A stretch of 64,000 nucleotides of DNA from Candidatus Poribacteria bacterium (GCA_965116925.1 OZ220744.1:5728001-5792000), one strand, 5' to 3'; shown: positions 8,951 through 18,826, counted from the first letter of the stretch. The notes: generated by a model from the letters alone, not told the origin. Numbers and translations are program-made.

Positions 8951-11900
8951 AGCGGGAGGAGAAAGAGAGAGAACGAGAAAACGAGAAAACGAGAAAACGG
9001 GTCCTATTTTTTTGGTTTTCCGTTCTCTGTTTTTCACGTTTCACGTTTTACACGCTTCTAATCTTCTGGCTTTTTGTCACTGTTGCCGCCGCCAAACCTC
9101 CGCTTCAGATTATCCAAGCAAGCACGGATACTCTCCTCATCAAATTTGAGGCACCAACGCTGCAATTCAACTCGCAAGAAACCGATGGACGCACCTTTGC
9201 GCGGGTTTCTTTCACAGGAGCAAGCTTGACGACGGACGTAGGATGCCCCAGTCTGCCTGTTTATCCACAGTTAATTGGCATTCCCGTTGATGCCTCACCG
9301 TATGTTACCGTGATTGACTCCCGGCTTGAAGTCCGCCAAACCCAGCGCATTATCCCCACCCAACCATCGGGACTCACCACCGCCCAATTGATGTCCAGCA
9401 TCGACATCGACTTTTACCGACGGGATCGCTCCTACCCAACCAAACTGGTTGAAATAACACCGGTTGGCTTTATCCGTGGACAGCGGGTTGCACGACTCCA
9501 GATCCAACCAATTCAGTATAATCCCGCCAGATCGCAGCTCAAAATCTATCACGAGCTATTAATCCGAATTAACTTCAATTCTACACCCATCCAATCCTAT
9601 CAAGGCTCAAAGCGGCATCCTACCCCTTCCCTTTTGATAGAACCGTCGCAGGCTTTTGAACAGCTCTTTCAGACGAAGCTGCTCAATTATAATCAGGCAA
9701 AGACATGGCGACGCTTACCCCAAAATGTCGCAGCTGCTCCAACGGTGCAACGCACTATCGAACCCTCAAACAGATATAAAATCCGGATTAACCGAACAGG
9801 GATTTATGAAATAACATATAGTGAACTCAGACGTGCCGGTGCCAATCCTATGGGTATTGCGCTTGAAACCCTCAAAATGGAGAACCGTGGCCGGCGGGTC
9901 GGTATCTATATCTTTGACCACAATACAGATGGCAGATTTGATCGAGATGATTCGATTGTGTTTTACGGGGGTGCACCAATCGGGGATAGGTTTACCGATA
10001 CCAACGTGTATTGGTTGAGTTGGGGCGGCGTTGGGCGTTCACAGATCAATGTTAGAGATGCTGCCCCGAAAACGTCGAATGCCTCTACCCCATCTGCTTT
10101 TAAGAAAACTATCCGTTTTGAACAAGACCGTAAGTATGACCAGCTGGTAGATGTGAAATCTGAACAGGCAGACCACTATTTCTGGGAAAGTCTAACAGGT
10201 GGGGCAGATAGCAGGTTCAGCCAGAAGGATTTCCCGATTCAACTCCCTCATGCAGTAGAAGGGCAAATAAATCGAGATGCTGAGATTCGGATTAAGTTTC
10301 AAGGGGCATCGCGCCAAAGGAACGCCAGACATCAGGCGCGTATCCTGTTTAATAGCGCACAACTTGGTCAAGTTGCCGAGTGGCGGCAGCAAGCTGCACC
10401 GTTAGTTACGCGCAAAATCGAACCGTGGCGATTCAGTAAGTCCGAGAATACGAAGGTTCTGAGGATTATAGCCGAAGATCGCAACGACACCCCGACAGGT
10501 CAACCTGATTTCTATCTAGATTGGTTTGAAGTCGATTATTGGCACACATTTGAGGCATCTGAGGGAGTGCTTGCATTTAACTCGGAAACCGAACCCCGCA
10601 GAACCGGACGCGTTCAGTACCGGGTAACAAACCTTCATCGCCCCGGTGTCGATGTGTATCAAATCCACGATGGCAGTATTGTTGCAAAACTCATTAACGG
10701 TCAGGTTGAACGCAAGGACGGGAATTTCCAGCTAACCTTCGAGGATAATGTGACATCGCCAACCGGTTATTTTGTGGTTGAGCGAGGACAATATACCCAA
10801 GTGGATCACATTACCCTCGCCAAACCGTTAGTAATCAGCAACCCTGCAAACCAAGCGGATTACATCATTATCGCCCACAGCGAGTTTATAGATGCCATCC
10901 AGCCGCTTGCAGCCTTTCGGCAGTCACAGGGGTTATCTGTTACGGTTGTTGATGTCGAAGCGGTGTATGATCAGTTCAATCACGGAATTTTCAACCCCAT
11001 CGCCATCCAGAAGTTTTTGCGTCACACCTACAACCATTGGCGTGCTCCCAAGCCGACATACGTCCTGTTGGTCGGCGACGCACACTATGACTATAAAGGG
11101 GCAATTGTTAAGCGATATCGGGAGACACTCAATAGAGACTATGACCTTTCCCTAATCTACGTACCAACGTTTCACGGTTGGGCACCGGCGAGTGGGGAAA
11201 CCGCGATGGACCACCATTTTGTCACTGTCAGTGGCGATGACCCACTGCCGGATATGTTTATTGGACGACTTCCAGTGCAATCGGCACACGAATTAGACGA
11301 TATGGTGAAAAAGATTATCAATTATGATGCAAAGCGGCAGCCCGGCTTATGGCAGGGCAGGTTGATGCAGGTCGCGGATAACGAGGTGAACAACGTCGGG
11401 GACGATATTTTTGAGCGATCTAGCAAGCAGCTTATTGAGGAATATATTCCTGTCGGTTACGATACCCGCAAGGTATACCTGCGACAGATTGGGAGTCCAG
11501 AGCGCACCAATCAAGCTATCCTGACGACAATTGATGAGGGCGTTCTTGCCCTTGAATATTCGGGGCACGGTGGCACCCAAACGTGGGCGGATGAGGGCAT
11601 TTTCCGAATTACAGATGCAGCGAGTTTGCAAAATGTGCATCTACCATTTGTCATCACAACAACGTGCCTCAATGGGCAATTCGATCAGCCGCTGCAATTC
11701 GGGCAACGCAGTTTAAGCGAACAATTTCTGATGGGCAGTGCCGGTGCCATCGGTGTCTTGAGTGCGACCCGTTTGACTTACGCAACAGTCAATGCAGAGT
11801 TCGATAAAAATCTCTTTACCTCCATCTTCACTGTTAAACCTTCGACACTTGGTGCAATCATCGCCGATGCGAAAACGCAATTTATGATGGCTGCATCACC

Positions 11901-14900
11901 ACTGTGGATCCCCGGCGTAACACAATATACCCTCTTCGGTGATCCAGCAACGCGCCTTGCTGTGCCAGAACTGGAGATTCAAGTCGAGTTAGAGAACGTT
12001 GTGGTCGATCCAAACAAAGAGCTAATCGTCCGCCATAACGCTGTTGGGCAGCACCAATTTTTGCCGATTACAGGAGCAATAGAGTTTCGTAAGGCGACCG
12101 ATTTCAGTACAGGAACGATGTCGGCACTAGCACTATTTGCCAACGACCTAGATGATAATTTGACCAACGATCTTCAGCAACAACGGAATAACATCCAAGT
12201 ATGGCAGGGTGAGTTTGGCGCGATCCGTATTCCTATTCCAGAAGATGTCCCCTTCGGACAAGGGATCGTTCGCCTCTTCGCTTTTGATGATCAGCGGACA
12301 GCGGTTGGGGGGGTGAAATTCTGGACGTATCAACCCGCTATCTTAGAAGTTCGCGAAGATATGGATCCACTCACTAACACGCTGAATCTCTCCGTGTTGA
12401 TAGCGGACAATGAAGGACCCGCAGGACTCAAATCGATAGAGGTGGTTTGGAGTGATACTGTAGGGTCCAAGGAACGTACCGTGGGGATGATACCCCATCC
12501 AGCATCGGCTACCCCTGCGGTGAACGATGGGCGGTGGTACAAACTGCAAACTGCAATTCCCTTGCCGAAAGGCGGACAAACAGTACAGTATCAAATCGTG
12601 GTAACCGATCGCACCAATCATACAGTCAGGACCGACAAAAAATCACTCAAGGTGCCCGAAGGCGCGAATATCGCCATCGCTTCGGCGGCGATAGCTCCGC
12701 TCCGCTATGTCTTTTCACAAGAGAAGAAAGCCCACACGCTTACCGCCAAACTTGTCAATGATGGCGGGCAAAAAATTGATGTACCCATCGAAGTTTGGTT
12801 CTCGGAAGAAGATCCAGATCGGGATGGGGACGGTCAAATCGATCCTGGGGCAGATGTGCTTGGCAGTGTCTTAATCAGAACGGATGCATGGCATTCGGGA
12901 ACAACACATCTTCAAGAAACGATGGCGACCTTAATCCTCCCTGAACCGTTGTCCACCGGCCTTCATCGGATTTATGTCTTCGCGGACCCAGAATCACCCG
13001 ATGATAACCGTGAGGATGGGGTTATTGGCAAGCTTGATGAGCCCCGCTCGTTTGATAACAAAGGATCTGGATCTTTCGTGGTCAACGAATTTACCCTGAA
13101 GGCTGATAAAGAACTCACCGCGTTCAGCTTGGATCGGGTATTCGATATTGTATTCCCAATCGGAGCGACCCTTGAACCCACCACAACCCTTTCCATCAAT
13201 GCAATCGAACCACCCATCTCATTTCAACCCGGCCTCCGCTTTGTTTCGCTTCCCCATCTGCTAGCATCGCAAAGTAGCGCGTATCAAGTTGAATTACACT
13301 CCGAGGCGGAGCGGCTGGTCAAACCTGCAGCACTCAAGTTTCGTTTCGATTTAGATACTTTGAAAGGTCACTTCCAGACAAATTGGGGACTCAATCCCGA
13401 ATCGGTGGAATTTAACTCCATACTACAAAAAGAGGTCGAAAATCTTGCGATCTATCAGTGGCAAGCGGGTATTAACGCTTGGAAGCGGCTTCCCTCCGAG
13501 ATACTGCGCGACAATACTGGAAACTTGGTATCGGAAAAATTTGTGACATTGACACAAGCCGAAAACATAAGCGTTCAAAAATTGCAAATCTCTTATATTC
13601 GCGTGGATCCAAGCTACACGCCGGCGGGGAGATGGGCAATCCTTTTCCTTGATGCAGATCGGTATCGAGTCCTGCTCCAGCGAAAAGGCAAAAGTGAAAT
13701 TGAAGAGCTTGAGCAAATCGGGCGCATCCGTCAACCTCTCAGAGACGCAGGGTTGGGGATTGAGTTAGAGATTCCCCAACTTGGGGAAACAGATGTCCTA
13801 GGCAGAAATCTGGTCTTTGAATTCGGCGATGTATTGATCTTTGAAACTGATGTCAGTTCAAACGGAGATGTACACCTTTCGGTGCTGGGGAACACTAACC
13901 GTGGTGGAGGTTCTGCCCATGTGAACATTAGGACGAAGAATCAGATCGCTGGCAAAGGGGAACAGTTCAGCATCAGTGACTGGCTGATTTTCTTCCGGAA
14001 TAGCGAACACTTTGAGCTACGAAATGCACGAAACGAGCTGGCTCTGCATACGGCAGGAAATCCCGCTGTGGGGACGATTAACCAACTTTTGATTCTTGAC
14101 AACCTTGGAATCGAGGTGCTCGTTACATCTCCGATGGGTTCGGGCTTCAAAGGGACCGGCAATCTACCCTTTGAGTTTGGAGACAAGTTCAAATTCAGAA
14201 AGACAATGGTGGGAATCATCTCCGCAAAGGTCAGAGGGCTTTCCACCTTTGCACTGATGCAGAGCTCAGATCGGGAGTCTCCCAAAATCCAACTCTGGGT
14301 GGATGGAGAAATATCTAAGCCCGGCAGCACCATTTCACCCCGCCCGCAAATCTCTCTCCTCTTGACGGATGAAAACGGAGTGGATATGGACAGCCTCAGT
14401 CTAGCGGTAAGCAAGGATGGAGGGGCGTTTACAACAATCAAGGACCTTGAGATTGGGGGTGGGGGGATGACATCGGTTTCCATCCGCTACAACCCAACGC
14501 TGTTCATCGGCAGCTATCGTTTCAGAGTCAAGGCAAACGACCTCATTGGGAACACACTCGGCGGTGAGGCTGAATTCCGTGATTTTACCTTCTCTGTGGT
14601 GGATCAACCTGACCTTGAATCTCCAACGGTTGAAATCCACGTCAACGATGAAAAATTAATGGATGGCACGGTTATCCGTGAACAACCGAAGCTTGAGATT
14701 TTAATCGATGACGAAGGCGGGATCAGCCCAACGACGATTGAATTTGCCTTCGGTTCAACGATCAATCCGCTGTTTCCACTCCCTGAAGATCACTACGAAC
14801 TTGAGTTCAATGTCGCCCAACCAACGCAAGCGCGAATTATCTTTGAGCCTGATCTACCAAATGACGAGTATCAACTCCAAGTCGTTGCAACAGATGTCAG

Positions 14901-15243
14901 TGAAAACAGAACCGAATCGCAAGTCCGCCGTTTCCATCTTGAGGAGCCTGTATCCATCACTCACCTATTAAATGTGCCGAATCCCGTACGCACCAACACG
15001 GTTTTCACCTATAACCTTGCACAAGCACCAGACCAAGTCACAGTTAAAATCTATACCGTGAGCGGTAGGCTTATCCGGACAATCGAAGATGCCTCAATGA
15101 GACGGGGCTACAATGAAACCGACTGGGACGCTCGCGATGAGAATGGCGAACGTTTGGCAAATGGTGTCTACTTCTACAAAGTCACCGTTAAAACAGGTGC
15201 ACACAAAATCGAAAAGATCGGTCGATTGGCAATTCTGCGCTAA
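8947..15243 (+). CDS. C25 family (gingipain/PorU-like) cysteine peptidase with propeptide and C-terminal FlgD-Ig/T9SS-type sorting domain
   Basis: ADYIIIA, YVLLVGD, IGRLPV, YSGHG (His), TTTCLNG (Cys), YTLFGDP; C-terminal NVPNP...KIYTVSGRLIR...WDARD...LANGVYFY; exact start uncertain. Confidence 0.9.
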   Translation: MKREEKERERENEKTRKRVLFFWFSVLCFSRFTFYTLLIFWLFVTVAAAKPPLQIIQASTDTLLIKFEAPTLQFNSQETDGRTFARVSFTGASLTTDVGCPSLPVYPQLIGIPVDASPYVTVIDSRLEVRQTQRIIPTQPSGLTTAQLMSSIDIDFYRRDRSYPTKLVEITPVGFIRGQRVARLQIQPIQYNPARSQLKIYHELLIRINFNSTPIQSYQGSKRHPTPSLLIEPSQAFEQLFQTKLLNYNQAKTWRRLPQNVAAAPTVQRTIEPSNRYKIRINRTGIYEITYSELRRAGANPMGIALETLKMENRGRRVGIYIFDHNTDGRFDRDDSIVFYGGAPIGDRFTDTNVYWLSWGGVGRSQINVRDAAPKTSNASTPSAFKKTIRFEQDRKYDQLVDVKSEQADHYFWESLTGGADSRFSQKDFPIQLPHAVEGQINRDAEIRIKFQGASRQRNARHQARILFNSAQLGQVAEWRQQAAPLVTRKIEPWRFSKSENTKVLRIIAEDRNDTPTGQPDFYLDWFEVDYWHTFEASEGVLAFNSETEPRRTGRVQYRVTNLHRPGVDVYQIHDGSIVAKLINGQVERKDGNFQLTFEDNVTSPTGYFVVERGQYTQVDHITLAKPLVISNPANQADYIIIAHSEFIDAIQPLAAFRQSQGLSVTVVDVEAVYDQFNHGIFNPIAIQKFLRHTYNHWRAPKPTYVLLVGDAHYDYKGAIVKRYRETLNRDYDLSLIYVPTFHGWAPASGETAMDHHFVTVSGDDPLPDMFIGRLPVQSAHELDDMVKKIINYDAKRQPGLWQGRLMQVADNEVNNVGDDIFERSSKQLIEEYIPVGYDTRKVYLRQIGSPERTNQAILTTIDEGVLALEYSGHGGTQTWADEGIFRITDAASLQNVHLPFVITTTCLNGQFDQPLQFGQRSLSEQFLMGSAGAIGVLSATRLTYATVNAEFDKNLFTSIFTVKPSTLGAIIADAKTQFMMAASPLWIPGVTQYTLFGDPATRLAVPELEIQVELENVVVDPNKELIVRHNAVGQHQFLPITGAIEFRKATDFSTGTMSALALFANDLDDNLTNDLQQQRNNIQVWQGEFGAIRIPIPEDVPFGQGIVRLFAFDDQRTAVGGVKFWTYQPAILEVREDMDPLTNTLNLSVLIADNEGPAGLKSIEVVWSDTVGSKERTVGMIPHPASATPAVNDGRWYKLQTAIPLPKGGQTVQYQIVVTDRTNHTVRTDKKSLKVPEGANIAIASAAIAPLRYVFSQEKKAHTLTAKLVNDGGQKIDVPIEVWFSEEDPDRDGDGQIDPGADVLGSVLIRTDAWHSGTTHLQETMATLILPEPLSTGLHRIYVFADPESPDDNREDGVIGKLDEPRSFDNKGSGSFVVNEFTLKADKELTAFSLDRVFDIVFPIGATLEPTTTLSINAIEPPISFQPGLRFVSLPHLLASQSSAYQVELHSEAERLVKPAALKFRFDLDTLKGHFQTNWGLNPESVEFNSILQKEVENLAIYQWQAGINAWKRLPSEILRDNTGNLVSEKFVTLTQAENISVQKLQISYIRVDPSYTPAGRWAILFLDADRYRVLLQRKGKSEIEELEQIGRIRQPLRDAGLGIELEIPQLGETDVLGRNLVFEFGDVLIFETDVSSNGDVHLSVLGNTNRGGGSAHVNIRTKNQIAGKGEQFSISDWLIFFRNSEHFELRNARNELALHTAGNPAVGTINQLLILDNLGIEVLVTSPMGSGFKGTGNLPFEFGDKFKFRKTMVGIISAKVRGLSTFALMQSSDRESPKIQLWVDGEISKPGSTISPRPQISLLLTDENGVDMDSLSLAVSKDGGAFTTIKDLEIGGGGMTSVSIRYNPTLFIGSYRFRVKANDLIGNTLGGEAEFRDFTFSVVDQPDLESPTVEIHVNDEKLMDGTVIREQPKLEILIDDEGGISPTTIEFAFGSTINPLFPLPEDHYELEFNVAQPTQARIIFEPDLPNDEYQLQVVATDVSENRTESQVRRFHLEEPVSITHLLNVPNPVRTNTVFTYNLAQAPDQVTVKIYTVSGRLIRTIEDASMRRGYNETDWDARDENGERLANGVYFYKVTVKTGAHKIEKIGRLAILR

Positions 15244-15426
15244 CGTGTGAGCCAATCTGTGAATCGCCGAATCAAGCTCCAGTTTTGAAGTTTTGCCCCA
15301 TTTCTGACCATTTGCTTTTTCTTGCGCTTTATATGGAGATCGGTTATCAAAATCTTCCGTTCTAAAACCCCATCATTTATGGCGTGGATCCAGAACGGCT
15401 AACCCGGTTGTCTGTCAAAAAAAGTG

Positions 15427-15455
15427 TTGAAATTGCGGGCGAAAAATGATATAGT
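15427..15455 (+). promoter_or_regulatory. IS-borne sigma70 promoter (extended -10)
   Basis: TTGAAA-17nt-TATAGT with TGn; equivalent promoter in the second tnpB element. Confidence 0.7.
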
Positions 15456-15460
15456 TGTCT

Positions 15461-15540
15461 TGTCTTTCGTGGGGGCGTTTCAGCCCGACCGCATGGTAGG
15501 GGCCCCACATCCACTGAAACGGATATGAAAGCCAGAAAGC
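15461..15540 (+). ncRNA. candidate structured 5' leader RNA of tnpB (three-way junction with pseudoknot)
   Basis: Same stems and 7-bp kissing pairing as 25992-26069, with compensatory changes. Confidence 0.65.
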
Positions 15541-15550
15541 CGAGTCCCTC

Positions 15551-15796
15551 ATGAAAACCTACAAGTTCAAGATGTATAGCAATCACGGTAATGGTGAGTT
15601 GCACAAGACTATAGACGGACACGCCGAAGTGTGGAATCATTGCATTGCGCTTCAGCGTCGTTACTACGCTATCTATGGTAAACATATCAGCAAGTTTCGG
15701 TTGATAAACCATATTTTTAATAACATCTATAGGGTTGGGGCATCAACCCTCGAAGGAGAGGACGTAAGACTATCTTCGGATAGCTGTCCTTGTTGA
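15551..15796 (+). pseudogene. tnpB: tnpB remnant (N-terminal ~55 aa fused to C-terminal tail)
   Basis: MKTYKFKMY...VWNHCIALQRRYY (TnpB N-terminus) joined to NIYRVGASTL (TnpB C-terminus); RuvC and zinc finger missing. Confidence 0.85.
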
Positions 15797-15887
15797 TAGC
15801 GCAATTCGACTCCTATTGGCAAGGGACTCGTAAGAATCCCAAGCCTTTAGGTTTGGGAGTATGTCAAGGTTAGATCATAATGAGCTC
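15720..15887 (+). ncRNA. predicted TnpB omega/reRNA scaffold plus flanking guide
   Basis: Region from the tnpB 3' end to the right end (TCAA 15867) is retained; in this family the guide derives from the flank; boundaries approximate. Confidence 0.5.
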
Positions 15888-16536
15888 AAATACTTCGCTT
15901 ATTCTGAACTATGAAAATATCTCCCAAGCCACAATCAACCGCCTCTCTTTGTACTCCCGGCTTTTAGCGACGCTTGAACTCGACGGGGTTACGGTTGTGT
16001 CTTCAAAGGAGCTATCAGAACGCACCGATTTTACAGCGACCCAAATCCGAAGGGACTTCGCTTATTTTGGACAATTTGGGAAGCGTGGAATCGGTTATGA
16101 GGTTGCTGCGCTCAAACAAGCCGTTGACAAGATTCTCGGCGTTCATGTTCCTCGAAAAGTCGCGCTCATCGGCGTTGGTAACTTGGGAAGTGCTTTATTG
16201 GGGTATCGCGTACTGCGGGAGCATAATTTTGAGATTGTCGCGGCATTCGATAATGATTCGAGTAAATGGGATCGTGTCATCAATGACGTTGTAATCCAGA
16301 ACATCGCAGAACTTCCCGAAACTGTGCAATCCAAGCAGATTGAAATTGGCATTATTGCTGTGCCGCTCCATGCGGCGCAGAGCGCGCTCGATTGTCTCGT
16401 TGCAGCAGGGATTAAAGCGATTCTTAATTTCGCGCCAGCGCACCTGATCGTTCCGCGTCATATTAAATTGAGGAATGTGGATTTATCTATAGAGCTTGAA
16501 GGGCTTTCTTACTTTTTGCAGCATCAAGCACCATAA
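15880..16536 (+). CDS. rex: redox-sensing transcriptional repressor Rex
   Basis: TINRLSLY, QIRRDFAYFGQFGKRGIGY, GVGNLG, ILNFAP. Confidence 0.96.
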   Translation: MSSNTSLILNYENISQATINRLSLYSRLLATLELDGVTVVSSKELSERTDFTATQIRRDFAYFGQFGKRGIGYEVAALKQAVDKILGVHVPRKVALIGVGNLGSALLGYRVLREHNFEIVAAFDNDSSKWDRVINDVVIQNIAELPETVQSKQIEIGIIAVPLHAAQSALDCLVAAGIKAILNFAPAHLIVPRHIKLRNVDLSIELEGLSYFLQHQAP

Positions 16537-16545
16537 GGAGTGTTT

Positions 16546-17523
16546 ATGAGCCACTTTCCGGTTTATCGCCCAAGACGGCTTCGTGCTAATGAGAACCTCC
16601 GGCGGCTTGTTCGAGAGACCCAACTTTCTGTCGATGATTTAATTTACCCAATGTTTGTCGTCCACGGGGTTGATATTGCATCGGAGATTCCATCAATGCC
16701 GGGGTGTTATCAATACTCAGTCGATCGACTCGTCCGGGAAGCGAAGGAGTTGGCAGCTCTTGGCATTCCGGGGACGCTCTTATTCGGGATTCCAGAATCC
16801 AAGGATCCGGTTGGCTCCGAAGCCTATGCCGACGATGGCATCATTCAGCGTGCCGTGCGAGCGATCAAGGATGCAGTCCCTGAGCTGCTTGTAATCACCG
16901 ATGTCTGTCTTTGTGAATATACGGATCATGGGCATTGCGGTGTCATCCATGAGGGGGAGGTACTGAACGACCCGACGTTGGAGTTGTTGGTCAAAGAGAG
17001 TTTGTCCCATGCCCGTGCCGGTGCAGATGTGATCGCTCCGTCCGATATGATGGACGGACGGGTTGGTGTAATCCGCGAGGCGTTGGATGACAGTGGATAC
17101 GATCAAACCCCCATCATGGCGTATTCTGCAAAATATGCGTCTGCGTTTTATGGTCCCTTTCGGGAGGCAGCAGAATCTGCCCCGCAGTTTGGGGATAGGC
17201 GTGCGTATCAGATGGACCCTCCGAATGTGGAGGAGGCGTTGCGAGAGGTCGCCTTAGACATTGAGGAAGGTGCGGATATACTTATGGTCAAGCCTGCGCT
17301 GTCCTATCTTGATGTGCTCAGTCAGGTAAAAACGCACTTTCAGGTGCCTGTTGCTGCGTATAACGTGAGCGGGGAATACTCAATGATCAAAGCCGCGGGA
17401 CAAAACGGTTGGATCGACGAAAATCGGGTCGCGCTTGAGGTACTCACGAGCATCAAGCGCGCAGGTGCGGATATAATCTTGACTTACTTTGCAAAATCGG
17501 TTGTGGAGTGGCTCGCAGAATAA
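16546..17523 (+). CDS. hemB: porphobilinogen synthase
   Basis: [41 protein letters not shown]. Confidence 0.97.
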   Translation: MSHFPVYRPRRLRANENLRRLVRETQLSVDDLIYPMFVVHGVDIASEIPSMPGCYQYSVDRLVREAKELAALGIPGTLLFGIPESKDPVGSEAYADDGIIQRAVRAIKDAVPELLVITDVCLCEYTDHGHCGVIHEGEVLNDPTLELLVKESLSHARAGADVIAPSDMMDGRVGVIREALDDSGYDQTPIMAYSAKYASAFYGPFREAAESAPQFGDRRAYQMDPPNVEEALREVALDIEEGADILMVKPALSYLDVLSQVKTHFQVPVAAYNVSGEYSMIKAAGQNGWIDENRVALEVLTSIKRAGADIILTYFAKSVVEWLAE

Positions 17524-17542
17524 CTGAAAGGGAGAAAACACG

Positions 17543-18826
17543 TTGAATAACGCCAAATCTTTGGCAGCATGGCAAAAATCACAACAATTTATTCCCGGCG
17601 GCGTTAATAGCCCCGTAAGAAACTTTAATAAGGTTGGTGGCAGTCCGGTCTTTATCCAGCGTGGTAAAGGTTCAAAGGTCTATGACATTGACGGTAACAA
17701 ATATATAGATTATTTGGCATCATGGGGACCGCTAATTTTAGGACATGCCCATCCGAGCATTCTTGAAGCAATTCAAGGTGCGGCGGAGAACGGCACTAGC
17801 TTCGGGGCGGCAACGGCGTTAGAAGCTGAGCTTGCTGAACTGATTGTCAACGCCTGCCAGTCGATAGAGATTGTTCGATTGGTCAACTCCGGCACAGAAG
17901 CCACGATGAGCGCGATTCGTGTTGCACGTGGGTATACCGGACGTGATAAGGTCATCAAGATGGCGGGCTGTTATCACGGGCATGTTGACTCACTCCTCGC
18001 CGAAGCGGGCTCCGGGGTTGCAACCTTCAGCGTTCCTGAATGTATGGGCATTCCGGCAGATTTCACACGACATACCCTCGTTGTGCCGTTCAATGACGTT
18101 GATGCTGTGCGAGATGCGATTGAAGCCAACCCAGATCAGATCGCTTGTTTGATTCTTGAACCGATCGCGGGCAATATGGGTGTGATCCCACCACATGACG
18201 GTTATCTCCAAGAATTGCGCGAGATTACCGCTGAACACGGTATCCTTCTTATTTTCGATGAAGTGATCACCGGATTTCGCGTGGCGTACGGCGGGGCACA
18301 GTCCCTCTACGGAGTCATTCCCGATATGACCTGCCTTGGCAAGATCATCGGCGGAGGGATGCCGGTCGGTGCGTATGGCGGGAAAAAAGAGATTATGGAA
18401 AATGTCGCGCCCCTCGGCGGCGTTTACCAAGCAGGAACCCTATCGGGCAATCCGCTTGCGGTATCCGCTGGCATCGCAATGCTGAAAGCACTTTCCGAGC
18501 CTGATGTCTATGATCAACTTGAGGCGCGCGCTGCTGCCTTTGCAGAAGGACTTCAAGCAGCCACCAAACGCCACGGAATTGACACATGGCACAGCCGAGT
18601 TGGGTCAATGTTGATGTTCTATTTCACGGGTGAAACGGTTACTGATTACGAAGGCGTACAGACCGCAGACACAGAACGCTACGCCTCTTACTTCTGGAAT
18701 TTGCTTGAGAACGGGGTTTATGTCGCCCCATCTCAGTTTGAGACCGGCTTTGTTTCACTAGCACATTCTGAAGCAGACATAGACCAGACAATTGATGCAG
18801 CCGATGAGGTGCTATCAAGACTTTAA
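17543..18826 (+). CDS. hemL: glutamate-1-semialdehyde 2,1-aminomutase
   Basis: PGGVNSPVR, NSGTEATM, FDEVITGFR, GKIIGGG, QAGTLSGNP. Confidence 0.97.
   Translation: MNNAKSLAAWQKSQQFIPGGVNSPVRNFNKVGGSPVFIQRGKGSKVYDIDGNKYIDYLASWGPLILGHAHPSILEAIQGAAENGTSFGAATALEAELAELIVNACQSIEIVRLVNSGTEATMSAIRVARGYTGRDKVIKMAGCYHGHVDSLLAEAGSGVATFSVPECMGIPADFTRHTLVVPFNDVDAVRDAIEANPDQIACLILEPIAGNMGVIPPHDGYLQELREITAEHGILLIFDEVITGFRVAYGGAQSLYGVIPDMTCLGKIIGGGMPVGAYGGKKEIMENVAPLGGVYQAGTLSGNPLAVSAGIAMLKALSEPDVYDQLEARAAAFAEGLQAATKRHGIDTWHSRVGSMLMFYFTGETVTDYEGVQTADTERYASYFWNLLENGVYVAPSQFETGFVSLAHSEADIDQTIDAADEVLSRL

Larger units (their letters stand above)
15348..15867 (+). mobile_element. non-autonomous IS200/IS605 element with internally deleted tnpB
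   Basis: Left end after TTAT with CCGTTCT/AGAACGG hairpin; right end AGAATCCCAAGCCTTTAGGTTTGGGAGTATGTCAA. Confidence 0.85.

Noticed and set aside
15461..15540. Leader as a hammerhead ribozyme
   Set aside because: It is a three-way junction, but the CUGANGA core is not present at the junction in both copies.
15244..15880. Rex operator (TTGTGAA-N4-TTCACAA) upstream of rex
   Set aside because: Only partial TGTGA half-sites seen; no convincing palindrome.
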